A DNA stretch of 64,000 nt from Phoronis australis (taxonomy: Eukaryota > Animalia > Phoronida): contig NMRA01000031.1 of the NCBI GenBank assembly GCA_002633005.1, positions 557,411 through 621,410 of the forward strand, written 5' to 3'. This document shows, piece after piece, positions 11,020 to 25,299 of this stretch; the first letter of the stretch is position 1, and each line of letters begins with the position of its first letter. The notes beneath the pieces are model-generated. The model ran no database searches and had not been told where the DNA came from. It saw nothing but the letters and a program-made list of their open reading frames with translations. The position numbers and the translations under genes were made by a program.

Positions 11020-14000
11020 TCACTTGGGCTTTGCCACGGTCACTTCATTGCAAAATGTGACACTCTTTTTGGTACTGATCTTGTTTGATGAGCTGAAACT
11101 TGACTCAGCAATGTCATTTGGCACTGAACACACACAGGGCACCTGTTCGCCACCTTCAGGGTCAGTGCAGAATGCTCCATGTCGGAACTGCAGTGAATTT
11201 GAGCCACTGAACTGATTTACGTTGTTTGCATCATTGTCGGCAGTATTTTCCAAGTCAACCACAACCTGCGCAGTATGACTACTATAGGTGACTTGACTAG
11301 TTGAACGATTCCTCTGAGAATGGTTTCGTTTTCTGTTACTGAAATACGACTCGAACTGAGAAGACCCAAGAAACCTTTGATACTCAACGTCAATTTTCGG
11401 TTTCCTAAACAAAAAGCATAGACAGTTAGATACAACAAATTTTACTTTTAATACTTTGAAATCTTTAAATGGAAAGGAAGAATTTCCTTGCCATCAACTG
11501 CTAAGCACAAAATCAAGAAAATCACTAATTAAAGCAGTGCTATAAATCCCCCTTCTATCACAAAAAATACTTCAGATTTAAAACTCTTACCAAAACGAAA
11601 TTGGTTTAAAATTGTTCTTTAGTCAAATCGGAAATGATTTCGGGACTACAAATTAAAGAACAGTCTGCTATTCCTTAAGGCCAGGCTCTACGTGTTGGTT
11701 TGTTACGATGTGTTATTTTATTAGTCAAGCTTCGTCTTGAGGAATAACAAACTAAGTTTTCAGCAAATACAAAAATCACTTTTCACCTGAGAAAGGAAAA
11801 AGTCAAGACCAATTTTATAGACTCTGAGGTAAAGGCTATTATTAAAATCTCTTGATCTATTTACACCAACCTCTTGTAAACAGACCAAGAGATTTTAATA
11901 ATAGTTGTAACACACCACCACCTCAGAGCGGTTTAGAAATTTATAGAGATAAAGGATCTTCAAAAGTTCGCTTCTTGGGCAGAATGGTGGTTTATAGCCA
12001 TTTTAAACCTATTAAACTGGAGTTAAAATTGCCTAGCCATGATATCAACAGTTTCCATATTGAGTTGGAAATGAGAAGTGATCTGTGATTGAATTGGGTC
12101 GGTCAAATTTTGAAAAGGGTGTCCGATCCTATAATTTTCGTAAGCATTTTTGGACTTGTTATTACAAAGGATCTCTTTGGTAGCATATCATGGTAAGGAA
12201 GTTTTTGATTTTGTTGTGACAAGGGACCTAGTTTTGTTTATTTTGTAAACAGCTAAGAAAGAAAAGTTGCAGTTATTGTAAAGATATGATGCAATACATT
12301 TTATGCCAGAAGATGATATTTATGAAAACAATAAAAGTCAAAAGAACGATAATAATACAAATTGGTTAAAGCTTAACAATTTCTGGGGCTGCACTCATTT
12401 TTTACTAATTTCATTTTTGATTCCCATTATTTACGCAATCTCACTCAGCTTTGTTGATGATGCCCAGAATTTCTAGTGACTCTTATGGCAACTCCAGTAT
12501 TGAGCTTGAAAATGGTAAAGCATTGAGAAAACAATATTTCGTTTGCCTTCCATATAGTTTCCTGCATTGGTGAGGCTTTACTGCATCATATCAACTATTG
12601 TACGTGGTCAGTGTAGCATGATGGATTATAAACGGCCCTACGGGTACGTGGATATGGCTCTCCGCGGTGGAGAGATAATTTAGACAGGAAGCCATCTTGA
12701 TGATCACACGTCTGTTTGTTTCTTTCGTTAACAGTCATCACTTAACAAAAGGCAATAAATCCGTTCTTTCTGTCAAAAAACCCATAATCTGTCCTGATTC
12801 CATGAATGTTTAATTCTGAAAACAGAACAATACAGAAAGCTGCATTAACCTTCTATGTTGGTCATGGAGCGTTCCCGTCTCCTTAACCAGTGCCAGGGTG
12901 TTGGCCTTGCACTTGCCCTGTATAATTCGTTGAATATCCTCGGTGATCACACAAGACTGTAGAAACAGGTGGGTGGCAGTGGCAGATAAGAACTCGTTGA
13001 CAGAAACCAGCCTGAAACACAGTATTGTAGGAATCAGAAACACACAATTATAAGCGAATAAAATACTATATTGAAGCAGACACTTGATGTTGGTATATTG
13101 ACAAAAATGAGACTAAACTACAGTGATTTAACAAATCGTTATAACTGATAGGTGGCACCACAGTACCATAACCACATCAATTTATGATATTATATGATTA
13201 AAGCTGCAACCGCTTTCACAGACTCGTGTTCTTGCTCTTGGCTGATTGTATGAAACAATAACAATAACTGCCAGTTCTTCCTAGAAAAAATCAAAACTAA
13301 GAATTACCAAATATTATGGATTTCAGAATCATCATGGTAAGTGCTGTAATGACTGACTCAAAAGCACTTAGAAGACTAGAGTGGAATATGTGTTATGTGA
13401 ACTAGCTATCTGAATTTTCTAAACTGAGCAAAAACCATACCAACTAATCTGCAAAGTCACACAAGTCTATTAGTTTCTATTTCCCAAATTCAACAAAGCA
13501 ATGCAGAAGAGGAACAAGTTGCAGCAACAGTTACACACTTGGCCAATAGGGGGCTTTCAACAGCTGTTCAGTGAATAAATTCTCAATATAAAGAATCAAC
13601 TGCATTCCATATAGCGCACTCATGAATGGAACTGTTATAAGATGGCACTGCCAGACAGGAAGTCTGGCCACAAGGCAGACCCGGAAGTCTGGCCACAAGG
13701 CAGACCAGGCGCTCAACACCAACGTCCACAATGGCATCATATAATTAGCATAACATCAATGCACAAAATTCTAATAATCTAGTCAATCACCTTCAGTCAT
13801 CATGGATGGTCTCCAGCAAATCAAGAAACATGAGTTTTATGTAAATGTTGTCACTTCGACTGAAATTAAAACATGTACGAACAGACATGCATTATGTCAA
13901 AAATAAAGCACTTATTAGAAATCAAACAACGTTACTTTCATAACACGTTGACCCTGATAGATACCTGTTGACGAATTCTTCAAGACCTTGCATTCTTAAG

Positions 14001-17000
14001 TGAATAAACGCTGGATCAAACCGGTTATGGAATAACTGTAGAACATTACGAGATGGAAGTCGAGGTACTTTCCTGAAATCAGAAATAACAAATCAAAAAT
14101 GGCAAATTCAAAGAAAAAAGTTGGAACTATCAGGCAACATGGCCTCATTCAACAGAATCCCAGAAGCTGCATAGTTTGTTCCTGCATTTAAGATCTCACA
14201 GACAACATTTTCAAATCAAACTCAGTGTAACCAAACCATTAGTTAACTGCTATGAATCTTGTTTATAAAAACAAGACTTCTGAATTAGACTACGTATATC
14301 TCTTACTCAAATTTGATAAATTTAAATAAAACTGATAAATTACTATTGATATGGTTGAACGAGTTATGTACTCCTGAAAAAAGACAGGTACGCCCAGAAC
14401 ATCTGAAGAGTTAACAATATATTTAAGCGACACAGACTTGTCGATATAGTGTCATGCCAAGCATGGTCTCGGGCAACAACAAACTGTCAGCTGTTTCCAA
14501 TTCAAGAGACCACCTCTCACCTGAGTCAAAAACAAGTTGGTACCAAGGACCTGATTCACAAAATGTGACTTAAGATTTAAAATTAAAAATCTGGTCCAAT
14601 GCCCCCATTCACGATGACGCAATAAAAATTTAGCCAAGTAATTATGAGAGCATCACAGTCATAGACATTATCTCCACTTAAGGATATATTTTCAGAGAAT
14701 TGATATTTTTGCTCAAGTTAGATTAAATTATTTTTCAAAAATAGTTGCATGGAGGTTGAGGTTTAAAAGTGATCTTAATCAGATATCTTAAGTGTTTTGA
14801 TGTAATGCATGTTTCTAACCTGAAGCTGCTCTAATTGGGCCACTTATCACTGAGCGCTAAGCAACAAGTCTCATCAAACTATTAATATCTGAATGCTTTT
14901 CTATCATCACCTGTTTACTGATCCTAAGTACCGTACAGTGATTCTGGCTTTATGCTGGCTTAAGCCAGACCTGATAACAATTTTACAGATAATACCCTAC
15001 AATGGCCACAACCCAATACCCCAGTTGACACAGCTAGCTCTAACAGAAGACTGTGAATTGATGGCCCCAATCTGCAAAGTACTGTGAGGTTCAGTACAGT
15101 GAAGATGAAGATGACAAAATCTGCCTTTAAACTCACCCAACCCCATATTTTAAAGGCATGTTTTTGTACATAAAACACAGTTCTTCCATAATTTGTTACA
15201 ATTTCGGCCAGTTTTCACCTATTACAAGAAGTGCTCTGAAACAGTAGCACTGCAAAATTAAATGTCTGCAGTGACCCATGGTACCCAAAAGCTACAGTAG
15301 TGATCATTACTAAGCCTGTGATAATTGTCGTGCTTAAATGCATTACTAGGTCAGTGAGTGAGAAGATGGATAGCTATTACACCTGTCCAATTACCAAAGT
15401 ATGCAGAGAGCAGACAATATCACTCTTGTTGGGGTAATGGTTGGATATAATGTGCCTGAATTTTGAGAACCAGTTTTCTTCTCCACTGTGTAATGGGCAT
15501 CAAACTGGTTCTCAAAATACGGGCACTTTATATCAGACTATTGCCTCTCTTAGAACAACAAGTAAGCTAATTCATGTGTTTTAGATCTTGGCATCTCATA
15601 CCTTTTCATTAGAGGGATAATTAAATGCTATTCTAAGATCTATGCATGCTTAATTAAATATATCCTTCTCAACGTAAGTGCCAAATACTTAATACAAAGA
15701 ATATTAACAATAAAGTGCAACTTGCATAAGTCGCATCATAGCACAACTCAGCGAAAGTAACGAACTCATTGATCAAAATAATGGAGTATGGTCATTGTAG
15801 TTCGAGCAATCAACAGTCTCCGTACTAGAATAGAACGTTTTAATTAGCATGGGTCTGACTTATGCAAGTGCTTAAAATAGTCGCGTGTAACTGTCTCACT
15901 CTCTGCCATTGTAGTTCTCTAAAATGTCCTTCAACCATGCAAACTCTGAGTATCTTCGCCGGACACATGACTTGAACAGCGTGAATGCTGGGTTGTTAGT
16001 CTGCAAAACCAAGAAAAATTTTGCAGTTTGTAAAACACACAAAATTGATGCTTTCTATAACAACTGTAACTAGGACAAATTCTAATGACGAGTCAGCAAA
16101 TAATAATTGAGTGCAAAAAGTAGACAACGGTAAGTCAAATGAGTTCAGAACCCATGAAGCAACAAAAGCATGCACTATAAATGACCCTTTAGTGCATCCA
16201 AATAACTGACAAAAGGACAGCACTTGTTACAGTCAAGCAGCAAATTTCATGACGTCTTTAAGGCAAACTAACAATTGAAGCTAATTTGAAATTCCAGCAT
16301 CGGAATCAATTTTTTTCAGTGGACAAACTCATTCTATCAGACTCAGTTACACTTTAAGTTACTGCACACACACACACACACATTTGGTATGGTACATTGC
16401 ATACTACAAGATTAAACTTTGTAATGAACTTCAGTGATAATACCATTATCAGCTGATCCAAATTGGATGACATTCAGTATACCACGTCTATCTTGCCACC
16501 AAAACAATAAAGCCGACAACAAGCTGTTGTTAGGTCTCTTATGAATATTTTTCCTGAACTAAAATTGTGGTTAGACCTCCCTTACGGCTTCCTAGGTACA
16601 CCAAAGTGGCGCATATCATAACCAAAACAAGAGAATTGTTACCTCAATTGAGATCTCATAAGTTGTGTATTTTCCACTGTCCCATGTGTTGTGGGTTATT
16701 GGGTTACACACTCGAACACGCGTCCAGATCTGAAAATATAATATACGGTAATATTATAAAAACTGATCACCCATGAGTCACCAATTAACCCATTACTAAT
16801 TATTATTAATGTGGTTAATTATAGTCTATCAGGTTAGAATAGAAACAAATTAAGTAATTTAAATGGTAATAAACTTGCCAAATTTCACAAAGATCCTATA
16901 CACATGTGGTTTAGGGGATCTATACAGTCGTAGATGCAATACAGGCATTTTGGGCTTGGAAGGGTAAGTACCTGCAGATGATTATAAATCATGGGTGTCA

Positions 17001-20000
17001 TTCACACACAATAAGCCTTTTGAAATTGACATGCAAGGTCAGTGAAGGCAGTTCTTTGTGAACCCTGCCCTTAGTCATACAACTCTCCCAGTTGAACTGT
17101 GTAGTAAGCACAACATAACAAAGGGTTTATTTTCCTGGTTGAGAAGTTTATGCTTTATTACCCCATATAGATTCTAAATAGCAGAGCTTGCAATGGGGTT
17201 ACCACAGAAGTTCGGTGGACATGTTTGAACGTCAAGGTCAGTCGTGCACTAAGTGTTAGAGCCAACACACTGCCAAATTTCATGGTCATCTTCGAACCGG
17301 TTTGGCAAATAATCAGTAAGTATAATAGAATGGCCACTAGGTGGCCCATATTATGTCAAATCCATCTCAAAATGAAAAGTGTTGTTGTGTCCATAATAGA
17401 AACCTAAAATTCATGAAAAAGCACCAAGGATCACTGACAATACAGACGCAAATGTAAATACTAAAACTGACGCTAAGGGGTACAGTGGTTGTCAGATTCA
17501 TCGAAATGTTGCGGTCAGACTTTGTCAAATCCAACAGGAAAAATTTGCCAAATTTCACAAGGATCCTCCAAAGAATTAACTTAGGCGAAACGGCCAAAGT
17601 AAGGGGGTGCAATAACAGATAAACCTGTCCGAAAATCAATGTCAGCTGTCATGGTGGTTTCAGGAACACATCTACCAATTTTCATAATAATCTTTATCTA
17701 AAGGAATTTGGCAAGTGAAAAGTGGAAAGGCAAAAAACAGACCAAAAATAATAAACAAAGACGCTGGATGGCACAAAATATGTTAAATCCATCCGAAAAT
17801 GAAAAGACTTTTTGTCAAATTTCATGAAAATCAATTCATGAACTCAGAAGGTACAGAGGTGGTAAACACAAAGTAAGTTGCTACAAGGGGCCACAGCAGT
17901 AGTTGGATAGGTGCGAAGCTCATAATCGTCCATTGTCAGCTTCATAGGCACACATCTGTAAAATATCACAAAGTGATTACAACCACAAATCCAAAAAACA
18001 GCCAGTAGGGGGCACCACAGAAGTAAGACCCATATGCCTGTAACTATTCTGCAGCAGATCTCAAATTTGGGGACTTTCAAGTTAGTAGCAATGTGACAAC
18101 TGATCCCGCGAGACTAGACAGTATTAGTCTCTAGAGGGACCGCAAAGGCAATTTCGTATTTGTTGCATCATGCGTAATTCCCTTATTCTACACATGAAAA
18201 AGTATACTTCTACAAGTCCGACCCTCATGTGGAGAATTTCTCGCTTACACTGGTCACCCCTCAGATTCCCTTAGCCCCAGACAACTTTTAGGATGCCTAT
18301 TCAGCACGTCCTTTGTATTGATGTAGATCTGAGCTAATGAAGTGGAAAGGTAATTACTGTTTCAACAATGGTTGTTGTTAGAACCCCCAACTTGGTTTTC
18401 TCTGGCATTTGCAGAGTTACAGCCTGCAACTCTGGAGAGTAGTTTTAACTTGGTACATTATAAATATTACAAAATGACAAAAAAAGGTTAACTTGTGTTT
18501 ATCTTCACAAAGGGCCACTTCCTAAAGGAACGATATGTTTCATATTGGTTTTCATTATTTAATTTTTAATGCTTCTGCCCACTTGTTTTTTTTCTTACCA
18601 GGAATGGGTTGATAATTAACTTTTTATCCAAGTTTCAAACTTGAAGTACCAAAACAGTGGTAGATATCATGTGCGCACCCATAGCCTTCAATTTGGGAGG
18701 GCTCGAATTCCCGGCGTTGTGGACCTTTTGCTTACAAAAGAGCAGGCGGACTAACAAAAAGGGAGCACCACTAGTGTGAATCGTGTATTTGGCTTATTTA
18801 GTGAAATTTTTGTCCCATTTCCTCGGACTTTTTGTCTCTCAGGGGCAGACCTTTTTGCCCACTTCGCCAAAGGAGGGAGCTCATTCGAGACCCCCGAGCC
18901 CCCCCTGGGTGCCCGCATGGATTTTGATTGTCAGCGAAACTTATAGTTAAGTTCATTGTGAGCCCATCCCTAAACTTTGCACATTACAGATAAAACAGTC
19001 ATGTGTCATTAAAGTTTAAAATCTTTATTAGAACTCAAATCATAAAATATATACAAAATATGGTGATAACCAGAACTGAAGATTTGGAATCTCTGGACAG
19101 TTTTGGTGGCACTGACTATATAACTATTCTAGCTATTTGTCATTAATAAAAAAATGATAAGTGGGCACAAGTTAAGTACAACTGTTTCCTGTTTCTGGTT
19201 TAACGAGATCGAAACAATATTAAAAAATGAATCCATGTGATATTATTAACACTGATCAGCATTATATCCACGGAGTATATCGATACGCGCTTCAATCGTA
19301 CCCAATGGTTGTAGTTTTTAGATTTTTAGTTCATCGATTTTTAAAAATCGAAAACTGTACTTGATTGTTTTTTCCAGCTGAATACCGCCGTGGTGTTCGT
19401 TTTTAATGAAAATTAGTGGTTAATGCATTTTGAAAATTCGCCATTATATACAGTCAGCGATGTTTAATACAGTTTATGGTTGAATAATTAAATTTAATTG
19501 GGTCTTGCTCGCATCGGGCAATGCGGTTTCCACAACTGTACCTGATTCCGGCACCACGCTCTCTTTAATCCTAGTAAAAGCTGCTCAGAAGGACAAGCGG
19601 TGAAAATTCCCACATATCTTTAGAAATGCGTGACTTCCTTGTTAGCGTATTATTCACGGTTAGGCAATGACGATCATTGCCTACACGGTATGCTATGTAC
19701 CACAGGCGGATCCATGGCAGCTAGGATTTTGAGTTACGGAGGGGGGGGGGGGGGNCGGATTTTGAGTTTGGGGGGGCCAAGGCAGAGTATTAGCCAGAAT
19801 TTTGCCCGCCAGATGTTCACACCCCAAACTGCCAAATGGAATCGGGGAGAATTTTAGGCGGGCCATGGCCCCCTTGCCCCCCCCACCCTGTTAAATTCAC
19901 CACTGTTTACGAGTCCCAGTGAATAACTAAACTAGTCTACTCTACGCTCACCCAAGATCCATCTTAACCCTAACAATGAGACAGGCAGTACTGGAAAAGA

Positions 20001-20138
20001 CACAGTGGCATTTGTGCATTATTCATAAGAACAGAAAATGAAACAAAAGTCCACACAGGTTAGAAAGAGATCGACTATAAAAGTATAAACAACATCCCGA
20101 TCAACGAACATTACCGCTTCGTTATCCGTCAGCCCCAT
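11020..20138 (-). CDS. Sorting nexin 10/11-like (PX domain plus PXe extension), 288 aa; exons 20138-20115, 16729-16643, 16000-15900, 14072-13965, 13011-12850, 11404-11020
   Basis: Spliced translation MGLTDNEA|IWTRVRVCNPITHNTWDSGKYTTYEISIE|TNNPAFTLFKSCVRRRYSEFAWLKDILE..|KVPRLPSRN..FIHLRMQGLEEFVNR|LVSVNEFLSATATHLFLQSCVITEDIQRIIQG. SCVRRRY-EF-WL and HLFLQS are SNX10/11 hallmarks; all introns GT-AG and phase-compatible (867 nt total). Confidence 0.88.
15445..15534. repeat. Short palindromic (hairpin) element; related inverted copy at about 22905-22965
   Basis: gtgcctgaattttgagaaccagttt ... aaactggttctcaaaatacgggcac arms are complementary. Confidence 0.6.
18668..18919. mobile_element. MITE with about 14-bp terminal inverted repeats
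   Basis: Left catgtgcgcaccca, right tgggtgcccgcatg; GC-rich interior unlike flanks. Confidence 0.6.
19701..19905. mobile_element. GC-rich MITE (CAGTGGCGGATCC-type ends, degenerate)
   Basis: Starts cacaggcggatcc, has G and C runs, ends aaattcaccactg; contains a single N. Confidence 0.55.
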
Positions 20139-20544
20139 CGTCAGCTTCCAGAATGTGCTGTAGTTAGTATCTAGCACCTAAAAGTGGTGTTCACTCTGTG
20201 GTTGAAGCAGATAATCACCCATCACATGATGGGGATTTTGTTTGGTTTCGGCATTACATCTCGTAGTAAGTAAGAGCGTGAAGCCTTCCTCATGCATTGA
20301 GTGTTTACTGAACAGTGCGGATAGTTCTCCTAACAGTCGGTAGAGGACAGGACAGTACACTGATTGGAGTTCCTCTCACTAATAATACTTCACAATTTTT
20401 GTATTTGACTAAAATATTAAAACTTTTATCACGTAATTCTTTTATTGATACCATTTTCTTATCTGTTAGCGTAACAAAGATCAGGGTTGAGGCGTCGTTA
20501 AAGACGTTTTTCGACCATTTTTGATTTGTTCCATTTTAAGGAAA
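20139..20544. promoter_or_regulatory. Putative bidirectional promoter / 5' UTR region shared by SNX10/11-like and PFDN5
   Basis: The two inferred start codons diverge with only 406 bp between them. Confidence 0.65.
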
Positions 20545-23500
20545 ATGGCTGCCAAGGCTTCAGGATCCGGCCAGTCAGGTCAACAAATCGACATTTCCCA
20601 GTTATCTGCTCCCCAGCTTAGTCAGCTTTCTCAGCAATTAGACCAGGTATCCCCTTTTAAAGATGATCTCTGGTCGGATATAGCGGTCCCTGATTTAGAG
20701 AAGCAGACAATCATTGAATAATGGACCCGTCAATGTGTCATTTAATGATTCAGCTACATTACCTTGGAACGCCTGGAACGGTAAACTTGAAGTCGACTAC
20801 TACTACTAGTACTAACGAGTCGCTTTTGCAAATGGCGACCCAGTGTTTACTGAAGAGCAGTAATGGCAGAGGGACCCGTATACTTGACTTTTAGTTTATG
20901 GGATGAATCTGGTTCTCTGAATCGCCCAATCAGGGACTGCTATACTCGATCATCAGATTGACAGTTGTTCAATTTGAGGGAAGGTGTCACTGAACTAGCA
21001 AATCAGCTGTTGAGAGTGACCTCAAGCACTTCTGTACACTTGCAAGTGCTTGCTCGCTGAAACTGTTCAAGAAACGAGAGCTTGCTGACTTGTGCTATGG
21101 AAAATTTGTTTGCTCCGACGTATTTACCGCTAACGAGTTTATAATGTTATAATTTGTCCAAATCATATAGTAATAGTCAATATTTAATACAAAGTACACA
21201 TTTTCAGGAAATTGAGTTCTTTGTCAATTCCATGACTCAACTAAAAGGTGCGCAAGCCAAGTTTGTGGAGTCTCAAGATTGTCTGGAGAAGCTTACTCCA
21301 GATAACAAAGAGAAGGACATCTTGGTACCTCTCACAAGCTCTGTATCCTAGCAACAGTTGAAGAGGATATTGGTGCTTGGGATTTGAAGGCAATGCCTTG
21401 ACAGGCATTTTGGTCTAGGCTGTTTACACTTGGAAGTGAAATTAGCTCGTACCCAAAATTACTTGAATGAAATTCAGAATATGTTCTTTGCTTTATTGTT
21501 TTTAGCCCCATGCTCTGCCATTTTTGAAAATTATTGGTTATGTTTTGGATTGGAACCCTTTGTTTTTGTGTTCTGTTTTAATACAGCAGGTTAATATTCC
21601 ATGATGACATCATCGCCTGAATCAGTGCATCCCCTGATGGCTTCAACAATTAGATTGTCCACTAACAAGTTGTCGGATTTATTTGAATTTGATATTTGTG
21701 TCTTCAGGCTTCTCCTAATTAGCTCTGCTTGGATCTTAGTTAGTGACCAATGCTGCTCAGTGACAAACATTATTTCATCAAAAATAAATCATTGTACTCC
21801 CAAAGGTTACTCCATTTTCCTGGTTAAGCAATTGTATACAGGGCCCTTGATGGCTGGATTTTGGGGTTGAATATCTTGAGAGTTCTTTGATGGATTTTCG
21901 TGAAAATCGACTTATAAGTGTGTATTAAGAAGATGATGATGTGTTCTGTGCAATCCACCAAGTGATCAATTATTTTTGACTCCATATTTGGCTTCCGTCA
22001 CTCTAGTCACCAAACTGCTTGAAAGGTCATTTGGAAAATTAGGTTATTTGTTCCAGCTAAGATATCCACAACAGACCTTGATTTTGGGATGGGTTTAAGT
22101 ACTGTGGTACTCCCTAGTGGCAATTGTGTTTGTTTTGCTAGTTGTGTCCATTGTTTCCTTAACTCCCATGCAGATGTATGTACCAGGTCAGATAAGTGAT
22201 GTAGAAAATGTTCTCATAGATATTGGAACAGGTTACTTCGTTGAAAAGGTAAGCATAGTCACTCACTTCACAGATCAGTGATAATCATAAGATATGCAGT
22301 CCACCAAGAAGAGAATGTTTACAATGTGAAGTCCCGATTATAAATTGGAGTAACCACGTCGTCAAAAACGAGCATTTAAACAGCATAATTTGAAAATTCA
22401 AGGGTTTTAAGCAGGGTGAACATGTGATTTCAGCTCAAGTGACCTAATTAGCACTACATGGGTCTTCAAAACAGCTGTACTCAGTGCTGTACACAGTCTT
22501 CTGTGGCTAAGTCTGTTCTTGGTGAATGTATCTTATTTGGGGGGTTCTCCTCTTTGTGGTAACTGTGTCATTGCTGTTTTTGTATGTCAAGTGAAACATT
22601 GTACTATAAACATTGTCATGACGACACTTACGACTTGTTAGTTTAATGCAGACTTTAAATTCTCACACCCTGGATTCAACTCTCCTCTTGTGCGGAGGGA
22701 GAAAAACGTATGAGATTGACTTGGATAGTTTAAACAGGTCGGATCTGCAACACACTTCTGAGCTCAGTCAGACAAGTAAAGAGCATTTTTATTACACCTC
22801 GCTTGGCTTTTCAAATATCTTGATGTCTGCATCAAGGAACTCACTATGCAGCAGTAGAACTTAACTGGTAGCGGAATGACAGGCAAGAATAGTCACTTAC
22901 ATGGGTCGTGCTTTTTAGAACCAGTTTGATGCCTGTTATTCAGTAGAGAAAGCTGGTTCTCAAAGTGCTGAACTCCTTATTAAAGTGACTATTACTGAAT
23001 GACATGCTTATAATGCAAGAAGTGATTGCTGTGGCAGCTGTGTACAACTGCGTACGAAGAACCCTATGTGTGCACAGCATTGTGGATAAAATGTTGCAGA
23101 GTCCGAGAGTATTCTAGAAAGTGGTTATAAAATGGATTGTTTTTATCAGTTTGCAATATGTGTCGGAATTGTTTGTTATGACATCTAGCACATTATCGTC
23201 ATAGCAGCTGTCCACCGTGAACAAGAATGACGGGCAATCTGAAAGTGGCAAGTCATTACTAGTCATTTTTGCTCAAAGCGGAATTGACTGTTACTACGGG
23301 CAACCAGCATTTTGTCTGCTTGCTCTTGGGATGTACTGTACTTCACGTCATTTAAGTTAGGGAGACTGTTGAGATCCAATATCACCCTTCTTTGATGAGT
23401 CACCTTATTCTGTATCTCACACACAGCACACTTGTATACTATTTTACTCAGCAGTTGTTGTCATTAGCAATGGAGAATGCTGTGAACACGTGACACTTAA

Positions 23501-24433
23501 CCACTGATGTGAGATACCTAACATTTATCCACTTCAACTTGTGTCATGTCTTCACTTGATGTGTAGTAATGCAGAACAAGTGTTCACTTATTACCTTAGT
23601 TGTTATTGTGGACTCCATTAACAGAGCGTGGCTGACGGCAAGGATTACTTCAAAAGAAAGGCAGAGTATGTAGCAGATCAGATCAAGGTGATACAGCCCG
23701 TCATGGAAGAAAAATATAAAATGAAGCAAGGTAAGGGAGAAAGTGATTTTTCAGCTTGGAAAAATAGCGTTAGATTTCTGTTTGATAAATAACTGGACTT
23801 TTCTTTGAAGGATTGTTTACAAACCTGGGAAAAACCCTCTTGTCTGTGTCATGTAGTGTTCTGATCTTACATATCTTTAAAAAAACCGCTGGCTAACTGT
23901 CCTCTGCCCCAAAAACAATGTTTGATTTAGACAAATTACCGTTATGAAATTGGTCTTAAATTGTTTCATCTTCTGTTAGCCAAATTGAATGTGGATTTCA
24001 GGACTTTTAAAAGAATCGACAGTCCGTCTTTGCTAGAGACCAGGCTGTACATGTTCACTTGCCTCGTCCTGTCATTTTATCCATTAAGAACAGTCTTACG
24101 GAATTACGAACTGCGTGTTCTTTGCAAACTCTGAAATCACTTCTCATTCGAGTTCGGAAAAGGTCGAGACCAGTTAATATACAACTGTGTAAGTGGCCTA
24201 AATGAAGTTTGCTTCTTGTACAAAATGTGAGTTCATGGCCTTTGTAGCCGTTTTAAGGCATGAACACTTAGGATTCTAGTTTGGCTTTCTTTCTAGGCAA
24301 GACTAGGAAGTTTCAGATTCTTTGTTTTGATGTGTCAATTGTCATTACAGTCGTTACAGAAATGCTTCAGTTTAGAATACACGCCCAAATGAAGCCTCAG
24401 CAGCTGGCACAGAACTTACAAGCCAAGTCCTAA
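20545..24433 (+). CDS. PFDN5: Prefoldin subunit 5, 166 aa; exons 20545-20646, 21208-21342, 22174-22248, 23625-23730, 24351-24433
   Basis: Spliced translation includes [20 protein letters not shown]|[34 protein letters not shown]|[25 protein letters not shown]|[12 protein letters not shown]; alpha-prefoldin PLTSSMYVPG and DIGTGY motifs; phases consistent (501 nt). Confidence 0.95.
21343..22173 (+). other. U12-type (minor spliceosome) GT-AG intron in PFDN5
   Basis: 5' site GTATCCT, branch point TTCCTTAAC about 10 nt before the AG, no polypyrimidine tract. Confidence 0.85.
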
Positions 24434-25299
24434 AGTAGTCCGTGGCGTCGTGATAGCCTAGTGTCCCCTACAGGCAGTCTTCAAGAGAATTACAGTCCTT
24501 GTGTTCAAACGTGACGACAGTCAGAATCACCAAGACTCATCATTACAGATGGCCATGGTCTGCACGGAAGTGGATGTATCGTGATATATAGTTAAGAACT
24601 TTTTTCAATCAATGGTACATAATTTGTAGAGTATACTCAATTCTGACAATCTTGTGAGGGGACCGAAGAGGTTGTTTGCTTTTTCAAGTGTATATGTGTG
24701 CTTAAAATGTTGAGATATTGTGTAACGTAATGTATAATTTACATTAAAACACTAAAATATGAATGATATAAATATTGTATTAAGTAAAGCTTAAAACAAC
24801 ATTTGGTTATCAAACCACAAATAAATTTTCTTTCAAGTATGTTATCACAGATCACAAATAAATGTTTTCACAACATATAAAGACTAGGTAATGCTGAAAA
24901 GACTTGGCATTACCAATAAATAGAACTTTGGAATGCAGGAATATTTTTTAAAATTCACATTCTTCATAAAATGTGGAATGTCTACAAAACATTTAATTAT
25001 ACAACAAATTGCGGTCTCTTAAATCATGATTACAAAAGAATTAGAAGCAGAGAAATCCCAACATAAAATAATTTACTCAGATGCACAGGTTGGTCCATGA
25101 ACACCCAGCAGGCACAAGTTCAAATTTAGTTTTATTTAGATGATTTCCACACAATATTTTCATGCTGCATATCATATAACAGGAATTGGTAAATGCAAAT
25201 CAAAAAGTGACCTCCCTGGGCAGCAAGTCTTTGAAACAAAAAGACAAGTACAAAAATATACTGAATCAAATTACGCATGGACGGAGTAGGATCAGAAAT

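Noticed and set aside
24434-25299. Overlapping 3' UTRs of converging PFDN5 and TRPM2
   Set aside because: Separate polyA signals exist (plus-strand ATTAAA/AATAAA at about 24743-24920, minus-strand AATAAA at about 25136), so overlap is not required by the sequence.
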